Assembly (NCBI RefSeq): GCF_900167395.1
Contig: NZ_FUWK01000020.1
Span: 1-32,000 of the forward strand
Reading direction: 5' to 3'
DNA length: 32,000 bases
Origin: Nitrosomonas europaea
GTDB lineage: Bacteria > Pseudomonadota > Gammaproteobacteria > Burkholderiales > Nitrosomonadaceae
Part shown: positions 1 to 12,031 of the stretch, in pieces
Layout of the letters: each line of letters starts with the position of its first letter
How positions within the stretch are numbered: the stretch's first letter is position 1
The notes under the pieces: generated by a model
Told to the model about the DNA's origin: nothing
Seen by the model: the letters and a program-made list of their open reading frames with translations, nothing else
Databases searched by the model: none
Program-made: the position numbers and the translations under genes

Positions 1-236
1 AACTTCGGAAACTCAGCCTGCAAGTGACGGCATACGTAAACCAGGTAGAAACTCTTGAACTGGCGAAAGCGCAATTGATGAAACAAAACGGTCAAGGTCA
101 TCAACTCCGACAAACTCAACCCGCTGCAGCGCTTGCGCTTCTTTACCCCTGTTTCCAGAAGGCGGCGTTCTAAAGCGGGCTCGAATTGGCAGCAGAAATC
201 ATCTATGAGACAAAAAAGTTCAGTTAAACTGTCCAT
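1..236 (-). CDS. IS982-family transposase, N-terminal part (continues past the left edge of the window)
   Basis: Absent from the ORF track because it has no in-window stop. The reverse-strand ATG (cat at 234-236) gives MDSLTELFCLIDDFCCQFEPALERRLLETGVKKRKRCSGLSLSELMTLTVLFHQLRFRQFKSFYLVYVCRHLQAEFPK... From memory this matches the conserved IS982-family N-terminus (ELFCxxDDFCxxFxP ... RKR ... LSxSExMT ... FHxxxxRxFKxFY ... FP). Confidence 0.8.
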   Translation of the reverse strand, partial: MDSLTELFCLIDDFCCQFEPALERRLLETGVKKRKRCSGLSLSELMTLTVLFHQLRFRQFKSFYLVYVCRHLQAEFPK

Positions 237-300
237 GAGCGCCTCCTGAATGCGATTGATTTGTTTTTGGAAACATAATCTTACGCAAAAAGGCGGGCGC
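1..300 (-). mobile_element. IS982-family insertion sequence, one end only; the inner boundary is uncertain (between 237 and about 320)
   Basis: The transposase start at 236 points away from the adjacent truncated EAL gene. EAL homology only becomes recognisable from about 310-330. The terminal inverted repeat cannot be defined without the other IS end. Confidence 0.6.
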
Positions 301-750
301 TCACTTCCTCTTTTCTTATCCCGAACTCAGGTTATTTACCATATCGATCCAAGCTTGCTGATATTCGAAATAACGGAAACTGCTGCATTAGACAATCTCC
401 CCGGGACACGCAGCCTTTTACGTGATCTGAAGCAACTCGGCTGTGGCTTCGTCCTGGATGATTTCGGAGTGGGTTTTTCTTCTTTCTATTATCTGCGCGA
501 ATTACCGGTTGATGCAGTTAAGATTGACGGTACATTCATCCGTAATCTTGCCAACAATCCGGATGATCAGATACTCGTCAGTGCCCTGTGTACCGTAGCA
601 AAAGGATTTGGCAAAAAGATCACTGCAGAATTCGTTGAAAGTAAGGAGATACTGGACATTCTGGATAGGATGGATATCGATTTTGCCCAGGGGTATTACA
701 TTGGCACACCTGTGCCGGCTGAAAATTTCTTTCCTGATCAAACAGATTGA
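250..750 (+). pseudogene. 5'-truncated EAL-domain (c-di-GMP phosphodiesterase) gene fragment
   Basis: The translation carries the C-terminal two thirds of an EAL domain: EITE, DDFGVGFSS, KIDGTF, EFVE, QGYY. The signature EAL(x)R motif normally lies about 90 aa upstream of ExTE, and any sensor or GGDEF modules are also missing. Only about 40 codons precede EITE, and the upstream space is occupied by the IS982 transposase. Confidence 0.65.
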
Positions 751-766
751 TAGAAAAATACCGGAT

Positions 767-789
767 AAAAAAACCGCCCGAAAGGGCGG
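767..789 (-). terminator. Rho-independent terminator (hairpin CCGCCC-GAAA-GGGCGG plus a U7 tract on the minus strand); may also serve the plus strand
   Basis: Stem 774-779 pairs with 784-789 around a GAAA tetraloop. The A7 run at 767-773 is a T/U run on the minus strand. It lies between the convergent EAL fragment (ends 750) and the small lipoprotein ORF (ends 815). Confidence 0.7.
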
Positions 790-814
790 TTAGAATATTC
801 GAATCATATCTCTC

Positions 815-973
815 TCAGTTTTTGTTGTCTTTTTCTGCCTTGTCTACGTTATCGGGCATGGAATCACGTTCCATCGACATGCTTGGCGGATATTGGGCAG
901 GCTTTGGATCTCCGCAGGCAGTCAAAAAGGTTGTTACAGCCAGTGCAGCAGCCAATACAAGCGAAAGCTTCAT
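815..973 (-). CDS. small (52 aa) predicted lipoprotein
   Basis: Below the ORF-track size cut-off. The minus-strand translation is MKLSLVLAAALAVTTFLTACGDPKPAQYPPSMSMERDSMPDNVDKAEKDNKN. It has a signal peptide with lipobox LTAC, a GGGAGA Shine-Dalgarno 7 nt upstream of the ATG (complement of 981-986), and the strong terminator immediately downstream. Confidence 0.55.
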   Translation of the reverse strand: MKLSLVLAAALAVTTFLTACGDPKPAQYPPSMSMERDSMPDNVDKAEKDNKN

Positions 974-1137
974 TTTTTCATCTCCCATAAATTAAATATA
1001 TAGTCTTTTTTGAGTCACTTTTTGCCTGGCTTCCATTACTGAAAAACCAGCGCACGTTATTTTTAGCAGAATCAAATTTTGTTGTCCAGTAAATTCGGAA
1101 CAGACCTGATATTTATTTCTCTGTCAGCATATTCTGC

Positions 1138-1554
1138 TCATCCGACAATGATTTCATAATCATGCGTGATGTCCACTGTTGCCTTCAGCATCATAGAAGC
1201 AGAACAGTATTTCTCGGCAGAAAGACTGATCGCCCGTTCTATGTGTCGAGGGTCGAGATTTTTTCCTGTAATAATGAAATGCAGATGAATATGGGTAAAC
1301 ACTTTTGGATCTTCTGTTGCACGTTGTGCGTCCATCTCGACCTGACAACCGGTAATTACCTGTCGCCCCTTGCGCAGAATATGTACCACATCGAAAGCGG
1401 TACAGCCGCCCAGGCCCAGTAATATCATTTCCATCGGACGCGGCCCAAGGTTCTTTCCACCCGCTTCCGGCGCACCGTCCATCAATACGGAGTGTCCACT
1501 TCCGACCTGCCCGAGAAAACTGACTCCTTCCTGCCACGCAATATTTGCTTTCAT
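1138..1554 (-). CDS. OsmC/YhfA-family protein (peroxiredoxin-like)
   Basis: 138 aa. It shows the typical OsmC-family pattern: GPRPMEMLLxxLGGC ... and a second Cys in SAEKYCSAS. Confidence 0.8.
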   Translation of the reverse strand: MKANIAWQEGVSFLGQVGSGHSVLMDGAPEAGGKNLGPRPMEMILLGLGGCTAFDVVHILRKGRQVITGCQVEMDAQRATEDPKVFTHIHLHFIITGKNLDPRHIERAISLSAEKYCSASMMLKATVDITHDYEIIVG

Positions 1555-2625
1555 TTACTTTAAAGATAAGTTGATAATGAATGAAAGATCTTTTCTTCCG
1601 ATAATCTTGAAACTGCTATCAGCAGCAAAACAAATCCCGAGATTCAATAATTCCTCCCAGATATCCCCTTGCTCCACTCCCTTGATGATCCGATCAATGA
1701 CAGCTGCCTGCAACAGTGCTTGTACCAGCAATGGATAGCGTATACGCTGAATTGCCCCCATCATCAGTTTTTGTCTGGCAGGCCATATTCGCAATGCTGT
1801 CATGGCCTGTTCGATCGTCATACCCCGGCTGGAATTTTTTAGCAGATGAATTTTTATCAGCAGACGAATCTGTTCCGACAAAATAGCCAGTATCAATGGA
1901 GGTGCCACCCCTTCCCCCTGCAACCCTTCCAGAATGTGGCGATAACGCACCATATCGGCCGTTAGCATGGTCTCCGGTAACTGCAGCACATCAAAACGGG
2001 TAACGTCGAGAATGGCATTTTTGACCTGTTCGAAAGTCAGTCGGCCGGGCGGATAGAGTAATCCAAGTTTGTGGATTTCCTGGTGAGCTGCCAGCAGATT
2101 GCCTTCCACCTTACCAGCAAAGAATTGCAGCGTATCCTGATCAATCATCTGATTCTGCCGGTCGAGACGCTGCTTTATCCAGTGTGCCAGCCGGTCACGC
2201 CCGACCGGTTTTACTTCAATCACCTGGCCTGCCTGTTCAAGTGCCTTGAACCACTTGCTTGCACGTCCCTGTTTATCGATTTCCGGCAGAGTAACGACAG
2301 TCACAGTATCACGCGGTAACTCCCGGCAGAATGTTTCGATCGCTACACCGCCTTCTCTGCCCGGCTTCCCGGAAGGAATTCGCAAATCGAGCATGCGTCT
2401 TTCACTGAATAGCGAGGATTGCCGCCCCCATTGAAACAGATTCATCCAGTCAAAACGCTGATCGGCAGTCAGGATCGTACGTTCGGTGTAGCCCTGCCCT
2501 CTGACATACGCACGGATCCCGTCAACGGCTTCCATTACCAACAGCAACTCATCCCCGAGTACCACATATAGTGGTGCAATACTTCCATCAAGCTGTCTGG
2601 CAAGATGCTCAGGATCCAATCGCAT
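1555..2625 (-). CDS. holA: DNA polymerase III delta subunit
   Basis: 356 aa with the N-terminus L..L...IAPLYVVLGDELLL. It holds the conserved position downstream of leuS-lptE. Confidence 0.85.
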   Translation of the reverse strand: MRLDPEHLARQLDGSIAPLYVVLGDELLLVMEAVDGIRAYVRGQGYTERTILTADQRFDWMNLFQWGRQSSLFSERRMLDLRIPSGKPGREGGVAIETFCRELPRDTVTVVTLPEIDKQGRASKWFKALEQAGQVIEVKPVGRDRLAHWIKQRLDRQNQMIDQDTLQFFAGKVEGNLLAAHQEIHKLGLLYPPGRLTFEQVKNAILDVTRFDVLQLPETMLTADMVRYRHILEGLQGEGVAPPLILAILSEQIRLLIKIHLLKNSSRGMTIEQAMTALRIWPARQKLMMGAIQRIRYPLLVQALLQAAVIDRIIKGVEQGDIWEELLNLGICFAADSSFKIIGRKDLSFIINLSLK

Positions 2626-2636
2626 ACGCTACTATC

Positions 2637-3134
2637 TTATCCCGCAGAGGTGACTGCCGAAACCTGACGAAGAATCTGTTGCACGGCATCTTTCTGCATA
2701 TCCTTGTACAGCATCTCCTCCTCTGCCGCCTTCGCCAGCTCTTGTGCATCCAGGAAAGGAAGAATGCGGGTCAGTCTGATTTCCTGCAGAGACGCCAGTT
2801 CAGCATTGTGCGCATCGAGCAGCCGGGCAGCGACTCGATAGACCAGCTCAAACTCACGCACTCTTCCACTCTCTGACAGCGACAGGATTCTTTTTTCCCT
2901 GATTGCATGAACGATCTGAATGATTGCCTCGGATTTTTCGGCTTTATTGACGACCTTCGCCCGGGTATGTGTACTGATCACCCGTTCCAGATCGGAACCA
3001 ATGGTCAGTCCTGCAGGTGCTGTGATGTAAACCCGTTCAAAAGGAAGTTCAGAAACCTGTCCCCGCAGTTTGAAACCGCAAGCAGCCAGATTCAGTACAA
3101 GCGAAACAGCCATCAGGGTTCGCAATGTCGTCAT
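2637..3134 (-). CDS. lptE: LPS-assembly lipoprotein LptE (RlpB)
   Basis: 165 aa with lipobox LAAC followed by GFKLRG, and synteny leuS-lptE-holA. Confidence 0.85.
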   Translation of the reverse strand: MTTLRTLMAVSLVLNLAACGFKLRGQVSELPFERVYITAPAGLTIGSDLERVISTHTRAKVVNKAEKSEAIIQIVHAIREKRILSLSESGRVREFELVYRVAARLLDAHNAELASLQEIRLTRILPFLDAQELAKAAEEEMLYKDMQKDAVQQILRQVSAVTSAG

Positions 3135-3151
3135 AGGTAAGACCTCTTCCG

Positions 3152-5761
3152 CTAAACAACGATATTGATCAGTTTTCCCGGCACGACGATGACTCTCTTG
3201 ACAGGCCGGTAGGCTATACTCTTTTGTATATGCTCATCTTGTAATGCTGTTCGTTCAACAGCAGCCCGATCTGCTTCCCTGGCAATGCGTATCTGCCCGC
3301 GCAGCTTGCCATTGATCTGGACGACAATTTCAACTTCATCCTGAATCAATGCCTGATCATCTGCTTGCGGCCAGGGTTGATCGAGCAGTTCGGTACCCGG
3401 TCTCAGTTCACGCCACAATACATGACAGATATGCGGAACGATGGGTGAAAGCAGCAGCACGATATTCTCCAGTGCTTCCTGCATCAGTTGGCGTGCGGCC
3501 GGATGGGTGCCCTGTACATCGGACAGCTCATTCATCAGCTCCATGATGGCTGCAATCGCAGTATTGAACGTGTGACGCCGCTCAAGATCATCCGTCACTT
3601 TGACGATAGTTTGATGCAACTGGCAACGCAAATCCCGCAGATCAGCCGGGTATTCCTGATGCGGTACCAGAGTAGTAGTCGCAGCAGCTTCGCCATCCAG
3701 CTGTCTGTGCAAATAAACTTGTCGCCACAACCGCTTGAGAAAACGGAAAGCACCTTCGACACCGGCATCCGACCATTCCAGCGTTTGTGTCGGCGGGCTG
3801 GCAAACATCATGAACAGTCGCGCAGTATCTGCCCCATATTGCTCAATGATTTCTTGTGGATCGATCCCGTTGTTTTTCGATTTTGACATGGTGCCGATAC
3901 CGCCGGATTCAACCGGTTGGTTATCCGCCTGCAAAACGGCGCCGACTCTTTTTCCTTCTCCATCGTGCTGCACATCCACTTCTGCCGGATTGAAATACTG
4001 GATACGCCCGCTGCTGGTTTTACGGAAAAATATCTCGTTCAGCACCATGCCTTGTGTCAACAGATTGGCAAAGGGTTCATCGAACGACACCAGCCCCAGA
4101 TCGCGCATGACCTTGCTCCAGAAACGCGAATACAACAGGTGCAGAATGGCATGCTCGATCCCGCCGATGTACTGATCGACCGGCAGCCAGTAATTTGCCC
4201 GCTGGTCGGTCATGGCAGCAGACTGATCCGGACAGGCATAACGGATGAAATACCATGAGGAATCGACGAATGTATCCATGGTATCGGTTTCGCGGCGTGC
4301 CTGCCGCCCGCAACGTGGACAGGTACACTCATAGAATGAAGGTGTTTTTGCCAGCGGATTGCCCGAACCATCCGGTACCAGATCTTCTGGGAGTACAACA
4401 GGTAACTGGTCGTCTGCTACCGGTACTACACCGCAACTATCACAATGGATCAGTGGAATCGGACAGCCCCAGTAACGCTGACGTGAAATTCCCCAGTCGC
4501 GTAAACGATACCGCACCCGTTTCTCACCCAGCGCTTTCTGCCCCAGTTCCACTGCAATTGCATCGATCGCTTCCGGTGATGTCAGATCTGAAAACCGGTC
4601 GGAATTGAACGTTACCCCATATTCGGTAAAGGCCTGAACGAGTGGTACGGATAGCTCGCCATTTTCTGGCCTGATGACCGGTTTGATCGGCAGAGAATGC
4701 TGGCGGGCAAAATCAAAATCACGTTCGTCATGCGCCGGGACCGCCATGACAGCGCCTTCACCGTAGCTCATCAGTACATAGTTGGCGACCCATACCGGCA
4801 GACGCTCACCGGTCAGCGGATGCAGGACATACAACCCGGTGGCCATCCCTTTTTTCTCCTGGACAGCCAACTCCGCTTCCATGGTGGCACCCTGCCGGCA
4901 GGATTCAATGAAAGCCACCAGATCAGGCTGATTGTGTGCTGCATGTAAAGCAACCGGATGCTCTGCCGCAACCGCCACATAGGTCACCCCCATCAGCGTA
5001 TCTGCCCGGGTAGTGAATACCTTAAGCGCTTGTGGCATGCCGGAAGCAGTATCCGGCGGGAACGTAATGTCCACACCAAAGCTTTTGCCGATCCAGTTGG
5101 CCTGCATGGTTTTTACGCGCTCCGGCCAGCCTGGCAGTTTTTCCAGGTCGGCCAGCAATTCATCTGCGTAGCGGGTTATCGCCAGGTAATAGCCCGGAAT
5201 TTCCCGTTTTTCCACCACTGCACCGGTACGCCAGCCGCATCCGTCAATCACTTGCTCGTTGGCCAGTACAGTCTGATCAACCGGATCCCAGTTGACCACC
5301 TGCGTTTTCTGATAGGCAATACCCTTTTCCAGCATGCGCAGAAACAGCCACTGATTCCAGCGGTAATACTGTGGATCGCAAGTGGCCAGTTCACGCTGCC
5401 AGTCGATAGCAAACCCCAGACTTTGCAACTGGCTGCGCATGTAAGCGATATTGTCATAAGTCCATTTTGCGGGTGGCACTCCTTTCTGGATCGCAGCGTT
5501 CTCGGCCGGCAATCCGAATGCATCCCAACCCATCGGCTGCATGACGTTATACCCCTGCATGCGGCGATAACGTGACAATACATCCCCGATCGTATAGTTG
5601 CGCACATGCCCCATATGCAGCTTGCCGGAAGGATAAGGAAACATGGAAAGGCAGTAGTATTTTGGCCTGTCTGGGATCTCAGTCACATTGAAAATGTTTG
5701 TTTCCTGCCAGCTTTGCCGGGCTTGTCGTTCTATTTCCTGGGGATGGTATTTTTCTTGCAT
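3152..5761 (-). CDS. leuS: leucine--tRNA ligase
   Basis: 869 aa with the class I HIGH-type motif (HMGHVRNY), KMSKS ([10 protein letters not shown]), and a Cys cluster in the CP1/zinc region. Confidence 0.97.
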   Translation of the reverse strand: MQEKYHPQEIERQARQSWQETNIFNVTEIPDRPKYYCLSMFPYPSGKLHMGHVRNYTIGDVLSRYRRMQGYNVMQPMGWDAFGLPAENAAIQKGVPPAKWTYDNIAYMRSQLQSLGFAIDWQRELATCDPQYYRWNQWLFLRMLEKGIAYQKTQVVNWDPVDQTVLANEQVIDGCGWRTGAVVEKREIPGYYLAITRYADELLADLEKLPGWPERVKTMQANWIGKSFGVDITFPPDTASGMPQALKVFTTRADTLMGVTYVAVAAEHPVALHAAHNQPDLVAFIESCRQGATMEAELAVQEKKGMATGLYVLHPLTGERLPVWVANYVLMSYGEGAVMAVPAHDERDFDFARQHSLPIKPVIRPENGELSVPLVQAFTEYGVTFNSDRFSDLTSPEAIDAIAVELGQKALGEKRVRYRLRDWGISRQRYWGCPIPLIHCDSCGVVPVADDQLPVVLPEDLVPDGSGNPLAKTPSFYECTCPRCGRQARRETDTMDTFVDSSWYFIRYACPDQSAAMTDQRANYWLPVDQYIGGIEHAILHLLYSRFWSKVMRDLGLVSFDEPFANLLTQGMVLNEIFFRKTSSGRIQYFNPAEVDVQHDGEGKRVGAVLQADNQPVESGGIGTMSKSKNNGIDPQEIIEQYGADTARLFMMFASPPTQTLEWSDAGVEGAFRFLKRLWRQVYLHRQLDGEAAATTTLVPHQEYPADLRDLRCQLHQTIVKVTDDLERRHTFNTAIAAIMELMNELSDVQGTHPAARQLMQEALENIVLLLSPIVPHICHVLWRELRPGTELLDQPWPQADDQALIQDEVEIVVQINGKLRGQIRIAREADRAAVERTALQDEHIQKSIAYRPVKRVIVVPGKLINIVV

Positions 5762-6010
5762 GGATAGATGATTTTCTGCCGGAATGATAAAACTGCGATT
5801 ATACCTTTAAGGAACCTCTGATTAAGTTCTCCATGAGCCGCATTGCGGGCAAAATCGTGATGATTGCAAGAAGCACGAAGAAGATCGTAGCGTTGAAGGA
5901 GCAAGCCATTCAGATCTGACAGAAAACTTCTGGTGAGGAATCTCTCGCTGCTGTGTGTTCTTCCCGCAAAAGATAGGGCTACTTTGCTTGCCATCGGTAT
6001 AATCCGCAGC

Positions 6011-8157
<2,147 letters not shown>

Positions 8158-8191
8158 TTCGCATCCATACCCAATCGAAGGAGAAGATCAT

Positions 8192-8668
8192 ATGCTCATA
8201 ACAGAAGCTTTTGCCCAGACTGCCAATGGTGCAGCTCAGACTTCCGACCCCACCCTGATGAGCTTTCTGCCCATGATTGGTATTCTGGTCATTTTCTATT
8301 TCCTGCTGATCCGTCCGCAGACAAAACGAGCTAAGGAACAGAAAGAAATGCAGAATGGGTTACAGAAGGGAGATGAAATCGTCATCAGTGGCGGTGAACT
8401 GGGTCGAGTCGTCAGTGCTGGCGATAGCTACATCACCATGGAAATTGCAACCGGTGTCGAGATCATCGTTCTCAAATCCTCCGTTCAGACACTGTTACCC
8501 AAAGGAACGCTGAAAAGTGTCGAAACCGGTAAAAGCAATCGGGCACTGAAAAATAGCAGACAGAAAGCCGGCGAATCCCGTCAGGATGAACCTGAAGACA
8601 ACGTAACGGAAACCAGTGAAGTTGAATCTTCCTCAGCACCCTCCAAACAGGATAGCGAAAAAAATTAG
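8192..8668 (+). CDS. yajC: preprotein translocase subunit YajC, with a roughly 45-aa low-complexity C-terminal tail
   Basis: The start is moved to the ATG at 8192 (GGAG 7 nt upstream). It has the YajC core LLIRPQTKRAKEQKEM...GDEIVISGGELGRV and the position tgt-yajC-secD-secF. Confidence 0.9.
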   Translation: MLITEAFAQTANGAAQTSDPTLMSFLPMIGILVIFYFLLIRPQTKRAKEQKEMQNGLQKGDEIVISGGELGRVVSAGDSYITMEIATGVEIIVLKSSVQTLLPKGTLKSVETGKSNRALKNSRQKAGESRQDEPEDNVTETSEVESSSAPSKQDSEKN

Positions 8669-8742
8669 TTTAGCGGTATATCCGATCTCTATGAGATTGC
8701 AACAGCATTTCCGCCCTTTTTTCTTCTGAAACACTGGTTATC

Positions 8743-10590
8743 ATGAATCGCTACCCCCTCTGGAAATATATCGTCATCGCCGTTTCAATACTGCTTGGAT
8801 TGCTGTATACCCTGCCCAACTTTTTTGGTGAATCTCCCGCCGTCCAGATTTCACCCTTGCGGGCCGGCATTCAAACCGATATGGCCCTTCTGCAGCGTGC
8901 TGAACAAGTACTCAAACAGCATGGTCTCCCCTACAACGGAACGATACTCGAATCCACCGGAATCAAGATCCGGTTTTCCGATACCGATACCCAGATCAAA
9001 GCGCGGGATATTCTGGATGCTGAAGTGGGTAGTGATTACATCGTTGCCTTGAACTTGCTGCCGAATTCCCCTCAGTGGATGCGTCATATTGGTGCGCTGC
9101 CCATGTATCTGGGCCTCGACCTGCGGGGAGGTGTCCACTTTATGCTGCAGGTGGATATGGCAGGAGCATTGACCAAGGCACTCGACCGTTACAACGCCGA
9201 TCTGCGCAGCACTTTGCGCGAACAGAGAATTCCTTCAGCCGGCATTGACCGGGATCGTTCGAGAATCATCATCAAATTCCGTGATGAACAGGCGCGTGAA
9301 AAAGCAATTTCTGAACTGGGAAAAACCTTTGAAGATCTCGCTTTTCGGTCGGAAGATGTCAACGGAGAGCGGCGCCTGGTTGCCTCGATCAAGCCTGAAG
9401 CACTGATACGCATGCAGAATACGGCAGTTCAGCGCAATATCACCACTCTGCGCAACCGGGTGAATGAGCTGGGCGTGGCAGAGCCGATCATCCAGCAGGC
9501 AGGCGCCGACCGGGTGATCGTGCAGTTGCCGGGTGTGCAGGATACCGCCAAGGCCAAGGATATTCTGGGCAGAACCGCCACACTGGAAGTACGCATGGTC
9601 GACGAGGACGGCGATATCGATGCCGCATTGCGCGGATCAGTACCTTCCGGGACTGAACTGCTTTCCGAGCGTGGAGGAGGACATCTGCTGGTCAAAAAAC
9701 AGGTATTGCTCACTGGTGATCGCATCACGGATGCTCAACCCGGTTTCGATCAGGACAGACAGGCCGCCGTCCACGTTACCCTGGATAACAACGGTTCACG
9801 AATTTTCAAGCAGCTGACACGTAATAACGTAGGTAAGCGTATGGCTATCCTGCTGGTAGAGAAAAATGTGACTGAAGTCGTCACCGCTCCGGTCATCCGG
9901 GAAGAAATCGGTGGTGGGCGTGTACAGATCAGCGGACAGATGAACAGTATCGAAGCACGTGACGTAGCCTTGCTGTTACGTGCCGGTGCTCTGGCTGCGC
10001 CCATGGAAATCATCGAGGAGCGTACCGTCGGGCCAAGTCTCGGCGCTGAAAACATAGAAAGAGGATTCAATTCGACTCTGTATGGCTTCCTGATCGTATC
10101 CGTATTCATCATGATTTATTACTCGGCTATCGGTGTCATCTCTGTCGTGGCACTCGCTACCAACTTGTTGTTTCTGATCGGATTGCTTTCGATCTTACAA
10201 GCTACACTGACACTCCCCGGAATGGCTGGAATGGCGCTGACCGTGGGGATGGCAATCGATGCCAACGTACTGATCAACGAACGGATCCGCGATGAATTAC
10301 GGCATGGCGCCACACCCCAGGCTGCTATCCATGCCGGGTATGAGCGTGCATGGGATGCAATTATCGATACGAACCTCACCACATTACTCGCCGGTCTCGG
10401 TCTGATGATGTTTGGTAGTGGGCCGATAAAAGGCTTCGCCGTCGTATTGTGTCTGGGAATTCTGACCACGCTTTTCAGCGCTGTCACCGTTTCGCGCGCA
10501 ATGGTCAATCTGTTTTACGGAAATCGTAAACTGACGCATGTCCCGATCGGAGCCATCAAAATACTGAAAAAAAGCAGCAGCAAACGTTAA
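8743..10590 (+). CDS. secD: protein translocase subunit SecD
   Basis: 615 aa. N-terminus MNRYPLWKYIVI, a large periplasmic domain, and a C-terminal six-TM RND-like block. Confidence 0.96.
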   Translation: MNRYPLWKYIVIAVSILLGLLYTLPNFFGESPAVQISPLRAGIQTDMALLQRAEQVLKQHGLPYNGTILESTGIKIRFSDTDTQIKARDILDAEVGSDYIVALNLLPNSPQWMRHIGALPMYLGLDLRGGVHFMLQVDMAGALTKALDRYNADLRSTLREQRIPSAGIDRDRSRIIIKFRDEQAREKAISELGKTFEDLAFRSEDVNGERRLVASIKPEALIRMQNTAVQRNITTLRNRVNELGVAEPIIQQAGADRVIVQLPGVQDTAKAKDILGRTATLEVRMVDEDGDIDAALRGSVPSGTELLSERGGGHLLVKKQVLLTGDRITDAQPGFDQDRQAAVHVTLDNNGSRIFKQLTRNNVGKRMAILLVEKNVTEVVTAPVIREEIGGGRVQISGQMNSIEARDVALLLRAGALAAPMEIIEERTVGPSLGAENIERGFNSTLYGFLIVSVFIMIYYSAIGVISVVALATNLLFLIGLLSILQATLTLPGMAGMALTVGMAIDANVLINERIRDELRHGATPQAAIHAGYERAWDAIIDTNLTTLLAGLGLMMFGSGPIKGFAVVLCLGILTTLFSAVTVSRAMVNLFYGNRKLTHVPIGAIKILKKSSSKR

Positions 10591-10613
10591 ATATTTACTG
10601 AAACCGGATAACC

Positions 10614-11546
10614 ATGGATTTTTTCAGATTCGAACGCGACATTCCTTTTACCCGCTGGGGAAAGTTTTCAATGACTTTCTCCCTGATTATCTCCATCCTG
10701 GCGATTTATTCCCTTACCACAAAAGGGTTGAATCTCGCAGTAGATTTTACCGGCGGTACGGTGATGGAAATCAGCTACCAGCAGCCTGCCAATCTCGATA
10801 AGACGCGTAAAATCCTTGCCGGCATCGGAATGTCTGATGCAATCGTACAGAATTTCGGAACATCCCGTGACGTCATGATCAGGCTTCCCGTCAAGCTGGA
10901 ACACGCCGGGGGTAATCTGTCCGAAACGGTCATGACTGCACTCAAAGTGGATGACCCCTCAGTTGAGATGAAGCGGGTAGAGTTCGTGGGTCCGCAAGTG
11001 GGTGACGAACTGCTGGAAAACGGCCTGCTGGCGATGCTGTTTGTTTCCATGGGTATAGTCGCTTATCTGGCTGTCCGATTCGAATGGAAATTTGGTGTCG
11101 CCTGTATCGTAGCCAATCTGCATGATGTGTTGACTATCTTAGGCTGTTTCTCCTTTTTTCAATGGGAGTTCGATCTGACCGTTCTGGCTGCCGTGCTCGC
11201 GATACTGGGTTATTCCGTCAATGAATCCGTCGTTATCTCCGACCGGATTCGGGAAAATTTCCGCAAACTGCGCAAAGCAACCGTAACAAGAATCATCGAT
11301 AATGCCATCACTGAAACCATGTCACGCACGATCATCACACATGGCAGTACACAAATGGTCGTTATTTCCATGTTCCTGTTCGGGGGAGAAGCGCTGCACA
11401 ACTTTGCACTGGCACTGACCATCGGTATTCTATTCGGCATTTACTCATCGATCATGATTGCCAGCCCGATACTGCTATTACTGGGCGCCAAACGGGAAGA
11501 TCTGGTCAAACCCGAACGCAAACCGCAAGAAGAAGCCTTACCATAA
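10614..11546 (+). CDS. secF: protein translocase subunit SecF
   Basis: 310 aa. N-terminus MDFFRFERDIPFTRWGK, with DFTGGT and a six-TM block. Confidence 0.96.
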   Translation: MDFFRFERDIPFTRWGKFSMTFSLIISILAIYSLTTKGLNLAVDFTGGTVMEISYQQPANLDKTRKILAGIGMSDAIVQNFGTSRDVMIRLPVKLEHAGGNLSETVMTALKVDDPSVEMKRVEFVGPQVGDELLENGLLAMLFVSMGIVAYLAVRFEWKFGVACIVANLHDVLTILGCFSFFQWEFDLTVLAAVLAILGYSVNESVVISDRIRENFRKLRKATVTRIIDNAITETMSRTIITHGSTQMVVISMFLFGGEALHNFALALTIGILFGIYSSIMIASPILLLLGAKREDLVKPERKPQEEALP

Positions 11547-11595
11547 AGCTGTTTTTGTGGGCTTTCCGGTTACATGATTTTTTTGTATTCATAGG

Positions 11596-11982
11596 ATGAT
11601 ATCCGTGGCAGGACTCAATCCACAAACACCTGTTCCGACAGAATTGAAACTGCACCGTAAATCCGGTGTACTAAGCGTGACCTTCAACGATGGCAAGGCA
11701 TTCAACTTTCCATGTGAATTTTTGCGTGTCTACTCACCTTCTGCTGAAGTTCGCGGCCATGAGCCCGGCCAGGAAATTCTGCAGACCGGCAAGAAAAATG
11801 TAACCATAACCCATATCGAGCCGATTGGCCGCTATGCGGTCAGGCTGGATTTTTCTGATGGTCATAACACCGGGCTATATTCCTGGGATTTGCTCTATGA
11901 TTACGGACTGAATCAGGAAACCATGTGGCAGGATTACCTGCAGCGACTGCAGGCTGCCAGTGGCAGTCGCGAAACAGGATAA
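11596..11982 (+). CDS. DUF971-family protein (gamma-butyrobetaine hydroxylase-like N-terminal domain)
   Basis: 128 aa with the pattern [15 protein letters not shown]...[13 protein letters not shown] typical of DUF971. It is commonly found next to ubiE. Confidence 0.75.
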
Positions 11983-12031
11983 TCCTGTTACCCAGACATC
12001 GATCAACCACTCAGTACAACACATCTCCAGA

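Noticed and set aside
747-995. 82-aa plus-strand ORF in the EAL/OsmC intergenic region
   Set aside because: It has no SD, runs through the terminator hairpin, and is antisense to a better-supported small lipoprotein ORF (815-973, minus).
4958-5575. Long ORFs antisense to large genes: 205-aa ORF antisense to leuS, plus 16715-17371 opposite ileS, 19782-20390 opposite the binding protein, 21497-22003 and 21664-22260 in or opposite the permease, and 28395-28943 and 29100-29648 opposite ispA and dxs
   Set aside because: All overlap strongly supported genes, and their translations are compositionally odd. Only the last 46 codons of 21664-22260 are discussed, as a possible permease remnant.
5933-6010. 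Upstream extensions of track ORFs: queA from 5933, yajC from 8144, ubiE from 11960, ileS to 17278
   Set aside because: In each case an internal ATG reproduces the canonical family N-terminus, and the extension has no homology-like sequence. For ileS the extension would also overlap the end of ribF.
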